From: an uncultured Actinomycetes bacterium
GTDB taxonomy: Bacteria; Actinomycetota; Thermoleophilia; Gaiellales; Gaiellaceae
Assembly (NCBI GenBank): GCA_963754715.1
Contig: CAVWHA010000010.1
Span: forward strand, 39,045 to 103,044
Direction of reading: 5' to 3'
DNA: 64,000 nucleotides
A model generated the notes under the pieces. It ran no database searches. It saw nothing but the letters and a program-made list of their open reading frames with translations, and had not been told where the DNA came from. The position numbers and the translations under genes are program-made. Shown piece by piece: positions 38,820 through 49,023 of the stretch. Each line of letters starts with the position of its first letter. Position 1 is the stretch's first letter.

Positions 38820-39782
38820 TTAAGCCTTGGTATCCAGGCCTCGGGCGAGCCCGGCGAGGGTGTCCTTCATCACCTGCTCGGAGCTGTTCTCGAACCTGAA
38901 GTGGTAGGCCGCGAAACCGGCGACGTTCTGTCGCGCCCGCTCGTCGACGTATTTCGCTCTCCACCTGTTGACCTCCGCGCGAGGCCGACGGGCGACGTTG
39001 CCGCCGAGCCCGGGTGCGAGGTGCCAGCCGGGCGTCATCCCGGCGACGTAGCGGGCGGCGAGCCCGCGGCGAATCTCGCCGCGGGAACGTGCGAGGGCGC
39101 CCTGGGTGGCGGCATGCTCCTGGGCCGAGGCCCCGGGCTTGCCGGTGAAGGGTGGATATTCCTCGCCTACGAGCCCGAAGGTCGCGCTGTCGAGGGCGCG
39201 CCAGAACGCACGCAGCTCGGAGTCCACCGTCAACGACGCGATGCGGAGGGCGTGGAGGGACGCCCAGACGAATCCGATCCGCGGGCCGTCGCCGAACTCG
39301 GCCCGGCCGAAATTGAGCCCGTGGAGGACGCCGCGTGTCAGTTCGCGCCATTGCCGGCCTTGTGGGCCTGAGAGCTCCGAGACGAGCTCGTCGAGCTGCC
39401 AGGCGTCGGCGCGGATCCCCTCGGCCTCCGCGAGCCGGATCTCGTCATGGAAGCGTCGCCCGAGCTCCTTTCCCCACGCGAGCCGCTCGCCCGACGGCAG
39501 CCGCATGAGCGCGGTCAGCGACGGCAGCTTGCCCTCGAAACGGGGTCCTTCCGCCCCTTCGACCCGGCGGCGGGTCCAGAAGGACGTCGGCTTGATCGGG
39601 AACATGGGCGCGTAGCGCCCGCGCTTCAGCTCGTGAACCTGGCGGGCGACCGGCCCGTTGACGCCGTAGCTCCCGACGTAGATCGGCGTGTCCGGCGGTG
39701 TCCGGGTTGCGCGAATCGCCCGAATGAGCTTCGGGACGTCGTCTGGCTCGAAGTACGAGAGGAGGAGTAGGCGGGGCGGCAC
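38820..39782 (-). CDS. hypothetical protein
   Basis: 320-aa ORF with protein-like composition and no motif I recognise. Confidence 0.5.
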   Translation of the reverse strand: MPPRLLLLSYFEPDDVPKLIRAIRATRTPPDTPIYVGSYGVNGPVARQVHELKRGRYAPMFPIKPTSFWTRRRVEGAEGPRFEGKLPSLTALMRLPSGERLAWGKELGRRFHDEIRLAEAEGIRADAWQLDELVSELSGPQGRQWRELTRGVLHGLNFGRAEFGDGPRIGFVWASLHALRIASLTVDSELRAFWRALDSATFGLVGEEYPPFTGKPGASAQEHAATQGALARSRGEIRRGLAARYVAGMTPGWHLAPGLGGNVARRPRAEVNRWRAKYVDERARQNVAGFAAYHFRFENSSEQVMKDTLAGLARGLDTKA

Positions 39783-39797
39783 CCGAAGGCGCCGAGC

Positions 39798-40016
39798 CTA
39801 CCTGTAGCGATAAACGATTCGGCCGCGGTCGAGATCGTACGGCGAGAGCTCTACCTTGACCCGGTCGCCGAGGAACAGGCGGATCCGGTAGCGCTTCATC
39901 TTGCCCGCCGAGTACCCGAGGGTCTCATGGCCGTTGTCGAGGCGAATCCTGAACATGGAGTTGCGCAGGGCCTCGATGACCTCGCCCTCCATCTCGACTT
40001 TCTCTTCCTTCCCCAT
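39798..40016 (-). CDS. infA: translation initiation factor IF-1
   Basis: '[72 protein letters not shown]'. Confidence 0.97.
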   Translation of the reverse strand: MGKEEKVEMEGEVIEALRNSMFRIRLDNGHETLGYSAGKMKRYRIRLFLGDRVKVELSPYDLDRGRIVYRYR

Positions 40017-40095
40017 ACCGCACTCCTCCGGGTCGAGGCACCGTGACCGCCCGAGTTGCGGCGGCCACGGCCCTCAAACGTCGTTCCTAATTTAA

Positions 40096-40305
40096 CTACG
40101 CGCTGATCGGGGCGACGTTAGTCGCCTCGGGGCCTTTTTGGCCCTCTCGCTCTTCGAACTCGACGCGCGCACCCTCGGTCAGGGACTTGAAGCCCTCACC
40201 GGCGATGTTGCTGTGATGGACGAAGAGATCCTTGGAGCCCTCGTCCGGGGTGATGAAGCCATACCCCTTGCTGTCGTTGAACCACTTGACGGTTCCGCTA
40301 GCCAT
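40096..40305 (-). CDS. cspA: cold-shock protein (CspA family)
   Basis: RNP1 'KGYGFI' and RNP2 'LFVHHS'; 69 aa. Confidence 0.95.
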   Translation of the reverse strand: MASGTVKWFNDSKGYGFITPDEGSKDLFVHHSNIAGEGFKSLTEGARVEFEEREGQKGPEATNVAPISA

Positions 40306-40474
40306 AAAAACACCTCCCTCGAAACTTCACGAACAAGTAGGAAGGCGCCTTGCGCGAACCGAACTCGCTCTAGATTGCTCCTGCGAGGGTATCAGCACCG
40401 GCACGAGTGTGAGCGAACGGGTGTATGCCGCAAGCCTTACGAGGTGTTAACAACCCCGTCCTACCGTCCGAGTC

Positions 40475-41409
40475 ATGAGGCCCCTGCTCGCCATCGCCCT
40501 TACGCTTTCGGCTGCCCTGGCCACGGCGACCTCGGCCACCCTGCCTGGGCGTGCAGCTACGGGAGCGAACTGCACGGCGGCTTCGACCGGGATGACGCCT
40601 CTGCCGGACCTCGGCAAAGCGAGGTACAACGGTTTCGCCGGTGGGCTCTATCCCGGCGGTCGAGTGACGCCGTCCGCCGCCTACCTGAAGAAGGGTCGCG
40701 CCTGGACGCGCCTGGTGAAGCCGGTCGGCGGGAAGATCGTCCTCCTCTCAATCGGCATGTCGAATACGACCCAGGAGTTCTCTGCCTTCAAACGCCTTGC
40801 AGACGCGGATCTGCGCAAGAACCCGTCGCTCGTGATCGTCGACGGCGCCCAGGGAGGGCAGGACGCTCCGCGGATCAAGGACGGAAGCGCGCAGTTCTGG
40901 AGCGTGATCGACCAGCGGCTCGCGTCGGCCCGCGCGCAGCGAAACCAGGTTCAGGTTGCATGGGTCAAGGAGGCGATCGCCGGAGAGAGGCGACCGTTCC
41001 CCTCCGACGCTCGCGGCCTACAGGCGGACCTGAGGCAGATCGTCGCTGTGCTGCGCAGCCGGTTTCCAAACCTGAGGCTCGTCTATCTCTCGAGTCGCAC
41101 GTACGCCGGTTACGCGACGACGCCGCTGAATCCCGAACCGTACGCCTACCAGAGCGGGTTCGCCGTCAAGTGGCTCGTCACGGAGAGGATCGAGGGAAGG
41201 CTGCCGCGCCGGCCCTGGCTCGGCTGGGGGCCCTACCTCTGGACGGACGGGACCAAGGGCCGCCGCGATGGCTTCGTGTGGACGTGCTCCGACACGGCTG
41301 CCGACGGGACCCATCCGTCGGCCAGCGGAAGAGAGAAGGTCGGCGCGCTGCTGCTCTCCTTCTTCAAGAGGACCCGACCGCGCGCCCCTGGTTCCTCGCC
41401 GGCGGGTGA
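40475..41409 (+). CDS. secreted hydrolase-like protein (possible SGNH-type, 'SIGMSNT'); one base missing as assembled at ~41368
   Basis: Signal peptide 'MRPLLAIALTLSAALATATSA'. As assembled the ORF runs into the tRNA gene. Shifting -1 at 'FFK|EDPTARPWFLAGG*' gives a protein-like end at 41409, 26 nt before the tRNA. Confidence 0.55.
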
Positions 41410-41435
41410 GAGGGGTCCGGACTTCGAGTTGGCTA

Positions 41436-41508
41436 TGGGCGGTACTGGGCTCGAACCAGTGACCCCCAGCTTGTCGAGCTGGTGCTCTCCCAACTGAGCT
41501 AACCGCCC
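41436..41508 (-). tRNA. tRNA-Val (anticodon GAC), CCA not encoded
   Basis: Manual cloverleaf: acceptor GGGCGGT/ACCGCCC, D-arm GCTC-AGTTGGGA-GAGC, anticodon arm CCAGC-TCGACAA-GCTGG, variable loop GGGTC, T-arm ACTGG-TTCGAGC-CCAGT, discriminator A. Confidence 0.9.
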
Positions 41509-41533
41509 TCTTGGCGGCGCATTCTAGCGACGG

Positions 41534-41665
41534 TCAGTAGCCATAACCGGTCTGCCCGGTCGTCGTGCCGCCGCCGCCCTTGTTGCCGTCGCCGCCGCAG
41601 CCGCCGAGGGCCAGCGCGAGCCCGGCCGCCAGGATCGCTACGAGGCAGAGAGCCTTCATTCCCAT
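41534..41665 (-). CDS. tiny Gly-rich lipoprotein (hypothetical)
   Basis: 'MGMKALCLVAILAAGLALALGGCGGDGNKGGGGTTTGQTGYGY' with lipobox LGGC. AGGAGA lies 6 nt upstream of ATG 41665. Confidence 0.45.
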   Translation of the reverse strand: MGMKALCLVAILAAGLALALGGCGGDGNKGGGGTTTGQTGYGY

Positions 41666-41700
41666 CCACGCTCTCCTACCCGATCGACGGCCATTCGGAT

Positions 41701-42543
41701 TCACCGGCGCGTCAGCACGACGCCGGCCAGGCAGAGCGCCCCGCCCGCCAGCGCAAGCTGCTCCGGCGTTTCGCCGAGGAGCCCCCACCCAAAGAGGATC
41801 GCAATCGGCGGGACGAGGTAGGTCGTGGCGCCCATGCGGCCCGCGGTCGTCTTCGAGAGCGCGTAGGCCCAGGTCATGAACCCGACCGCGGTCGGGAAGA
41901 CGCCGAGATAGACCATCCAGGCGATGGAGCTGCCCTCGGCCCGGCCGAGCTCGTCGACGAGCGACGGCGCGAACGGAAGGCAGACGACGAGGCCGATCGT
42001 GCAGGCCGCCCAGGTGACGTGCAGCGCCGAGATCCGGGACAGGAGCGGCTTCTGCGCGACGACTCCGCCGGCGTACAGGGCGGCCGCAGCCACACAGAGG
42101 ACGGCGCCCCAGCTCGCCGCGACGCCACGCTCCGATGTCGCGAGGCCGATGATGACGACGCCGACGAAGGCGATCGCGCAGCCGATGACCAGCGTCCTCG
42201 GAAACCCCTCTCGGAGCAGGAACCCCGCGAGGATCGCGATCAGGATCGGTCCGACGTTGACGAGCATCGCCGCCGTGCCCGCGTCCACGCGCCGCTCCGC
42301 CTCGTTCAGCGCGAGGTTGTAGAGGCCGAGCCAGAGGACGCCGACGACGACGAGTTGCGGAAGGTCGCGCCGGCCGGGCAAGCGCCCGCCCTGCCAGAGG
42401 ACGACCGCGCCGAGCAGCGCGCTCCCGACGGCAAGCCGGCCGAGGCTCAGCGCGCCGGGAGAGAGATCCTCGCCTGCAGCACGGATGCCGACGAATGCGG
42501 AGGCCCACAGGACCACCGTGACGAGCGCCGCCAGGAGTGCCAC
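41701..42543 (-). CDS. EamA/DMT family transporter
   Basis: 280 aa with 10 TM segments in two EamA halves ('VLWASAFVGIR', 'GVFPTAVGFMTWAYAL'). Confidence 0.85.
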   Translation of the reverse strand: MALLAALVTVVLWASAFVGIRAAGEDLSPGALSLGRLAVGSALLGAVVLWQGGRLPGRRDLPQLVVVGVLWLGLYNLALNEAERRVDAGTAAMLVNVGPILIAILAGFLLREGFPRTLVIGCAIAFVGVVIIGLATSERGVAASWGAVLCVAAAALYAGGVVAQKPLLSRISALHVTWAACTIGLVVCLPFAPSLVDELGRAEGSSIAWMVYLGVFPTAVGFMTWAYALSKTTAGRMGATTYLVPPIAILFGWGLLGETPEQLALAGGALCLAGVVLTRR

Positions 42544-42590
42544 ATCAAGCTGTAACGAAACGGAGGCGCGATTTCGTCAGCTGAAGGTGA

Positions 42591-43802
42591 TCAGAAAATT
42601 TCCGGGCACCACGGGTAACGATCCGCCCGGAAGAGCCCGTCGGCCCGGTCGAGCGCGCCGTCGACGAGCTCCTCCACCCGACCCGCCCGCGCGAGCTCGC
42701 CGAACGTGAATCCGCCGAGATACGCAGAGCCGAGCGCGGTGACCGGCAGGGCGACCTCGGCCTCGGCGTCCGTGCGCTCCACTCCTTCGGAGGTCACCCG
42801 CCAGCGGCCGGCGTTCCACGGGCACAGCTCGTCCTCGATCTCAAGCACCACCGGCTCGCCGGGCTTGAAGCTCCGGCCGTTGAGCGCCGCCTCGACGTCG
42901 ACAACCCGCACCCAGAGCCCGTCCCGCAGCTCGAACTGCAGCCGGCGCGGGTCGCGCAACAGCAGGAAGAGCTCGTGGTCGAGTGGGAGCAGATAGGCGC
43001 GGATGCGCGCCATCCAGTCGATGTCGAGCAGGTAGCGCCAGATCTCCCGCGTGGACTCGGGCGAGTCTCCGACCGCCTCGATCACGCTCGTAAAGCCGTT
43101 CGGGATGCCTCGCTCGGCGGAGAAGTGCATGCGGTAGAGCGCGTACGCGGCCGGGCGGCCGTCGAGCGCGAGCAGCGCCCGCACCATCTCGCCCCCTCCC
43201 TCCCGTCCCCATTCCGGATCGGCAAGCCGGCGGGCGCTCCACCACTCCGGCGTCCGCACGAACATGCCCGGGTGTCGCGCGGCCGCGGCTCGCTGGATCG
43301 TCGAGAAGGGCTCCACCGCCTCCTCCGTGTCCAGGAGGCGCACCCGGCCCGAGGGCTCGAAGTCCCGGTGGAAGGCGACCCGGTCGCGCCGCATGTCGAT
43401 GTCTCCGCAGAAGGACGCGATGCCGTAGCCGAAGCGGCCGTAGAGCGAGTCCTCGGAGGCCCACAGGTATGCGATCGGCTCGCCGCGCTCGTGGATGTCT
43501 TCGAGCTGCGTCTGCATCAGGTTGCCGAAGATTCCGCGGCGGCGGTGTGTCGGCAGCACGCCGACGAGCGTCACGCCGGCGGCGCGGATCAGGCCGCCCG
43601 GGATGCCGGTCTCGAAGGGAAAGACTCCGCCGCTGCCGACGACCTGGCCATCCTCGAACGCAGCATGGATGCGCTCCGGCGGGATGATCTGACCGAAGCG
43701 ATCCGCGAACTCCTGCGAGGGAGTGCGGCCGAAGTAATGCATGATCGGCCGCAGGACGTCCGGGAACTCCTCGGCCGTGGCGGGCCGGATCTCGACGCTC
43801 AC
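42591..43802 (-). CDS. Eis-like GNAT acetyltransferase with a C-terminal SCP2-like domain
   Basis: 403 aa; 'VGVLPTHRRRGIFGNLMQTQLEDIHERGEPIAYLWASEDSLYGRFGY' plus the typical three-domain length. GTG start overlaps the uvrD TGA (GTGA). Confidence 0.75.
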   Translation of the reverse strand: MSVEIRPATAEEFPDVLRPIMHYFGRTPSQEFADRFGQIIPPERIHAAFEDGQVVGSGGVFPFETGIPGGLIRAAGVTLVGVLPTHRRRGIFGNLMQTQLEDIHERGEPIAYLWASEDSLYGRFGYGIASFCGDIDMRRDRVAFHRDFEPSGRVRLLDTEEAVEPFSTIQRAAAARHPGMFVRTPEWWSARRLADPEWGREGGGEMVRALLALDGRPAAYALYRMHFSAERGIPNGFTSVIEAVGDSPESTREIWRYLLDIDWMARIRAYLLPLDHELFLLLRDPRRLQFELRDGLWVRVVDVEAALNGRSFKPGEPVVLEIEDELCPWNAGRWRVTSEGVERTDAEAEVALPVTALGSAYLGGFTFGELARAGRVEELVDGALDRADGLFRADRYPWCPEIF

Positions 43803-46800
43803 GCGAGCTTTTCCAACGGCGCGTAGTCGAGGACGAGGCGGCGGTCGACGTTCTCGCCGGCGAAGCGGACGCTGACGACGCCGCCCGGCTCGAGGGCGGT
43901 CACGATGCCCTCGCCGAGCGTCCCGTGGCGGACCGCGTCTCCGGTGGAGAGCTGCGGGACGTCACCCTTCGGCTGAACCTGTGCGACAGGCGCGCCGTAC
44001 CCCGACCACGACGACGGACGGAGCCGCTCGCGATGGATCTCCTCCTGGGGGAGCTCGTCGAGGAAGCGGGACGGCAGGTTGTAGTTCCGCGAGCCGTAGA
44101 GCGACCGGCCGGCCGCATGCGTGAGCGTCAGTCGCTCCCGGGCGCGCGTCATACCGACGTAGGCGAGGCGCCGCTCCTCCTCGAGGCTGTTCTCCTCGAG
44201 CGAGCGCGAGTGCGGGAAGATCCCCTCCTCCATCCCGATCATGAACACGGCCTTGAACTCGAGGCCCTTCGCGTTGTGGAGGGTCATGAGCGTGACGAGG
44301 CTCTGCTGGTCGCGAAGGCTGTCCTGGTCGGAGAAGAGCGAGATCTCCTGGAGGAAGGTCGAGAGCTCGGGCGCCTCGGCGCTCGCCTGGTACTCCTGCG
44401 CGACGCCGACGAGCTCCTGCAGGTTCTCGATCCGCCCCAGAGCCTCGATCGTCCGCTCCGCCTCCAGCGACTCCATGTAGCCGCTGCGCTCGAGCGTCCG
44501 CTCGACGAGCTCGTCGACCGCCATGTCGAGGGCGCCCGCCTGGAGCGAGAGGAGCAGGTTCCGAAGGCCGGTGACGGACCTGACCTGCGCCGGGCCGAGG
44601 CCCGCCTCCTCCGGGAACTCGAGCGCCTCCCACAGCGAGAAGCCGTGCGAGTCCGCGTAGGTCTGGAGGCGCGCGAGCGAGGCGTCGCCGATCCCGCGCC
44701 GCGGCCGGTTCGCGATCCGCTGGAGGCTGACGGCGTCGTAGGGGTTGTCGATCACCTGGAGGTACGCGATCAGATCCTTGACCTCGGCCCGCTCGTAGAA
44801 CCGCGGGCCGCCGATCACCTGGTACGGGATCTCGCTCCGGACGAGCACGTCCTCCAGCACGCGCGACTGCGCGTTCGTCCGGTAGAAGACCGCGATCTCG
44901 CTGCCGTTCACGCCCTCGTCGACGAGCCCGGCGATCTCCGAGGCGACCCAGCGCGCCTCGGCATGCTCGTCCTCGACCTCGAGGACCCGCACGGGATCGC
45001 CGTCGCCGAGGTCGGACCAGAGGTTCTTGGGCTTCCGCTCGCTGTTGTGGGAGATGACGGCATTGGCGGCGCGGAGGATCGTGTTCGTCGAGCGGTAGTT
45101 CTGCTCCAGCGGGACCGTCTTGGTCTCGCCGAAGTCGCGCTCGAACTCGAGGATGTTGCGGATGTCGGCGCCGCGGAACGCGTAGATCGAGTTATGGGTG
45201 ACAAGACCATCAGCGACGAAGTTGTGCGTACGCTCAACGTCCAAGTCGTACACAGGAGCCTCCAGAACGATCCGGTCGACGCGCTCGACAGTGTCGAACT
45301 CACCCGCCTCCGTAACCATCACCATTCCAGGACGAACAGAGGCCGCAGGGAGGAACGGCACCGAGTTGCTTCCTTTCCCGTTCGACCCGTTTCGCCCAGC
45401 CAGTCTCGCCGTGAAGCGAACCGAAACGTCCAGAGCGTTCTCGATGCGCTCGACGATCTCGATGAGCTCTCCGAAGTCCGCATGAGCCGTCTCGAAACGC
45501 CAACCGGCCGAGCCCTTGTGGGCGGGCCGGAGGCTCAGGCCGAGTCGCTCAAGCGCCACTCGTCCCTCCTCGTCGTAGCCGAAGAGCGCGATTCGATGAA
45601 GCGGCCGTCCACCTCGCGCATCTCCGCAAAGACAGACGTTCAGCCTCCTCCGTACCCGCTTGCCGCTCGTCGTCGTCGCCGCGCTGAAATGAGGATGGTC
45701 GAGGCTCAAACCCTGTTCACGCAGGAGCTTCCGCGCGCCGGCATCGGTGTCGACTCGGGCGAAGAGATCATCCAAGAGCCGCTGGTCTCCGACGAGACTG
45801 CGTCCTTCGCCGCCGGTCCGGCGTCGAGCCACGAACGGCAGAGTGGGGAGCTGATAGCGCAGCGACAGCATCGTCTCCGCCAGCCGCGCATCGGCCTCGC
45901 TCGGATGAACCGAGACAACCCAGGTTGCGTCCGCGTGCTCGCCGTTCATTCGCGTCGCCGGCCCGGGGATCGACCTCGGCTGCCCGCTCGTGTACGTCCT
46001 CGATGTCCCGATCCGGAACCCGGATCCCTGTTTCCACATCAGATACGTCATGTAGAGCTGAGGCGTCCTTCCGCTTTTGAATCCGGCGAAGTGCGTGTGC
46101 TCCGGCGTGGACACGATCCGTCGTCCGCTCTCCGTCGTTATGGCAATCCCGGATCGCCGTGACGACTTGTGAACGCGCGTGACACGCGCAGCCGCGAAAA
46201 CGCCGCTCCCAAAGCACGACAGCACTTCCTCGCCGGAGCGAACTCGCTCGATCGGTCTCTTCGAGCCATCGGCCATCGTGATCAGCGTCCCAGCCACCAA
46301 GCACTGATCAGGGTCGCCCACGACGCAGACGTTCCTGTGCTTCTCGGCGAGCAGTTGGAGCAGCCGGTACTGCGCGTGGTTCGTGTCCTGGTACTCGTCG
46401 ACGAGGACGTAGCGGAACGCCTTCTGCCAGCGCTCCCGCGCCTCGGGAAAGCGCTCCAGCACCTGGACCGTGAGCATCAGCAGGTCGTCGAAGTCGACGG
46501 CGTTCGCGGCGAAGAGGCGCGCGCTGGTAGAGCTCGTACGCGTCCGCGACGGTCTGGTCGTAGAAGGACTCGACCCGAGTCCGGTACTCGCCGGGATCGA
46601 CCAGCTGGTTCTTGGCCGACGAGATCTGCTCGTGGATCCCGCGCGGGACGAAGCGCTTCGGGTCCCGCTCGAGCTCCTCGAGCACCTGCTTCGTCAGGCG
46701 CACCTGGTCGGCCTGGTCGTAGATCGTGAAGTTCGTCCGGTAGCCGAGCCGTGGCGCCTCTCGGCGCAGGATCCGGCCGCACGCGGCGTGGAACGTGAGG

Positions 46801-47069
46801 ATCCAGATGCGGCGGGCGACCTCGGGCAGGAGCTGCTCCAACCGTGAGCGCATCTCGGCCGCGGCCTTGTTGGTGAACGTGATCGCGAGGATCTCGTTCG
46901 GCTGGATCCCGACCGCCGAGATCAGGTGCGCGACGCGGTGAGTGAGTACGCGCGTCTTGCCCGAGCCGGCGCCGGCGACGACGAGGAGCGGCCCTTCCGT
47001 GTGCCGGACCGCCTCCTGCTGCGCCGGGTTCAGGTCGGCGAGATAGGTCTCCGGGGAGGCGACGGCCAT
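43799..47069 (-). CDS. uvrD: UvrD/PcrA-type SF1 DNA helicase carrying an intein; also frameshifted as assembled at ~46518-46525
   Basis: Motifs: I 'AGAGSGKT', Ia 'TFTNKAAAEM', II 'VDEYQDTN', III 'VVGDPDQ|intein|SIYAFRGA', IV 'QNYRS', V/VI 'TLHNAKGLEF', 'LAYVGMTRAR'. The N-terminal ORF 46308-47069 leaves frame after 'AYELYQR', and the correct continuation 'RLFAANAVDFDDLL' lies in the frame of ORF 43799-46477. Confidence 0.92.
45191..46303 (-). mobile_element. class-1 intein (371 aa) inserted in helicase motif III
   Basis: Block A 'CLVAGTLITMADG', block B 'IVSTPEHTHF', block F 'VYDLDVERTHNFVA', block G 'DGLVTHN' followed by Ser+1. The extein junction restores GDPDQSIYAFRGA. Confidence 0.9.
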
Positions 47070-47077
47070 GTGCGGCG

Positions 47078-47476
47078 ATGCTAGCGTCAGCTTCCGTGGG
47101 CTACGCGCACACGACCATCGACGAGCTCGGAGACGAGTCCTTCCGGAAGGTTCGGCGGGCGCTCGGGATCACGGCGTTCGGGGCAAACGTCATCGTGCTC
47201 CAACCGGGAGTCGTCGGGCGACCGCACTACCACGAGGAGCAGGACGAGCTGTACTTCGTCCACCAGGGCCACGCGATCTTCGATCTGCCCGACGAGCAGG
47301 TCGAGCTGGGGCCGGGCGGCCTGATCCACGTCGAGTCGACGACGCCACGCCGCGTGACGAACCCCGGGCCGGATGAGCTCGTGATGCTGGTCGTCGGCGC
47401 AAAGGACGGCTACATCGGGCGAGACGGCTCACTCGCCAACCCGAAGGCCTTCCTGCGCGACGCCGACAGCGACTGA
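47078..47476 (+). CDS. cupin domain protein
   Basis: 132 aa; 'GRPHYHEEQDELYFVHQGH...GGLIHV' matches the two cupin motifs. Confidence 0.75.
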   Translation: MLASASVGYAHTTIDELGDESFRKVRRALGITAFGANVIVLQPGVVGRPHYHEEQDELYFVHQGHAIFDLPDEQVELGPGGLIHVESTTPRRVTNPGPDELVMLVVGAKDGYIGRDGSLANPKAFLRDADSD

Positions 47477-48254
47477 TGACCTCCCTCGCGGAGCTCTTCG
47501 AGCGCCGCGAGCACGAGCTCCGGCTCACCCCTGACCGCGCGCTGGAGACGCTGGACGAGGCCGAGGAATTTCTCCACGACCGCGGGCTGCTGACCCGGTC
47601 GGCCGACTCCGCCCTCCCGAGCCTGTACGAGGCGTGCCACGAGGATCCGTACAAGCCCGGCAGCAGCGGTTTCGGCCAATGGCCGGCGACCAAGTGGCCC
47701 TGGTTCGGTGAGCTCGCTGATCGGAAGGGCGTCTACGCCCTGAAGGTGCATCGGGGCAAGAACGTCCTCGTCACCGAAGAGGTGGCGGGACTCCTCGACC
47801 CGATCCTCCGGGCCGAGATCGAGCGGATGCGTTCGGAGGCCGACGACTGGGCGCTCCTGCTCGACCACCTTGCCGCCACGGGCCCGTCCCAGATCGACGA
47901 CCTCCAGGAGGAGCTCGGCCTGGGCCCGAAGAGCCTGAAGACATCCGGTCTCCCCTCGAGCGCTGCGGTGCCGTCGTCAGCCGCGCGTACGCCGTCACCT
48001 CGTCCAGCGGAGCCCACGTCCACACGAGCGAGCTCGCCCGGTGGGATCAGGTCTATCCGGAGCCGGCCGGCGGCGAGGTCGATCTGAAGCCGCTCGTCGT
48101 CGCCGGCGTTCGCGCCGCCGTCGTCGCGCCGGATCGCGAGCTTCCGAGGTGGTTCAGCTGGTCGTGGTACTGGAGGAAGGGGCTCGTCGACGAGCTCGTG
48201 GACGAGGGCCTGCTTTACCGGCCGGACGCGGGCTGGGTCAGCGTGCCGGACTAG
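47476..48254 (+). CDS. hypothetical protein (winged-helix-like?); -1 frameshift as assembled at ~47900-47937
   Basis: ORF 47476-48087 turns Ser/Pro/Ala-rich after '...LGLGPKSLK'. The adjacent frame reads 'EDIRSPLERCGAVVSRAYAVTSSSGAHVHTSELARWDQVYPEP...WYWRKGLVDELVDEGLLYRPDAGWVSVPD*' and ends at 48254. Confidence 0.5.
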
Positions 48255-48920
48255 GCCGCTTCTGCGGCGGCGGGCCGCCGGGAATCGAAAACCGAGACGA
48301 AACGGCCCAGTGCACCGGGATCGCCCTTGACACTCGCGAGCCCGTGGGCGATCGCATCCTTCGGCTCCATCTCGCCCGAGGCGAGCGCGAAAAGCGTGCC
48401 GGGATCGAGCTCGATGACCGCGTCGACGTCCGCGCAGCCACCGGGGTCCGAGTCGATCGTCCCGTTGTCGATGCGGATCGTCGCGATCTCCTCGCCGCAG
48501 CGAACCTCGTAGCTCTCGACGAGGTCGCCGGCCCGTTCGGGATCGAACATCGTCCGCGAGCCCTGGACGAGCCAGCCCTCGGGCATCGGGCAGTCGGCGG
48601 GCGGCGGGCCGAGCGAATCTGAAGCCCCAGCGACCGAGGGCCTGGATGACCTCCTCGAGGTCCTCGCCGTACTCGGTCAGCTCGTAGACGTTGCAGTTCG
48701 CGGGCGGTGGGAGCTTCCGCTTCCGGATGACCTCGCCCTCCTCGAGCTCCTTCAGCCGCGCCGCGAGGATGTTCGTTCCGAGGCCGGGGAGCCCGGCGAT
48801 GAGGTCGCTGTAGCGCTTCGGGCCCTTCAGGAGGTCGCGCACGATCAGCAGCGACCAGCGCTCGCCCACCAGCTCGAGCGAGTGGGCGACGGGGCAGTAC
48901 TGGACATACGGGCGGGCCAT
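48251..48920 (-). CDS. HxlR-family winged-helix regulator fused to an SCP2 domain; frameshifted as assembled at ~48612-48625
   Basis: N-terminus: 'YCPVAHSLELVGERWSLLIVRDLLKGPKRYSDLIAGLPGLGTNILAARLKELEEGEVI'. The SCP2-like C-terminus lies in ORF 48251-48586 ('...DAVIELDPGTLFALASGEMEPKDAIAHGLASVKGDPGAL'). Divergent from the MFS gene. Confidence 0.7.
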
Positions 48921-49023
48921 CGGCGGGAATTATAGCGCGTCGCTTGCGTTCTGACAGCTAATACTTGCAAAACGAAAGTGATTTCTGTAGTTTCGCAAGC
49001 TCCATCCGGACGAAAGGGACGCA

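Noticed and set aside
41436-41700. The tRNA-Val gene as an integration site of a genomic island.
   Set aside because: There is no integrase, no direct repeat of the tRNA 3' end and no compositional shift on either side. The neighbours are ordinary housekeeping or transport genes.
45400-46000. LAGLIDADG homing endonuclease inside the intein ('LLDDLFARVDTDAG' looked vaguely similar).
   Set aside because: There is only one weak candidate motif, with no second copy about 100 aa away and a poor match to the consensus. The insert is reported as unclassified with a tentative GIY-YIG-like hint.
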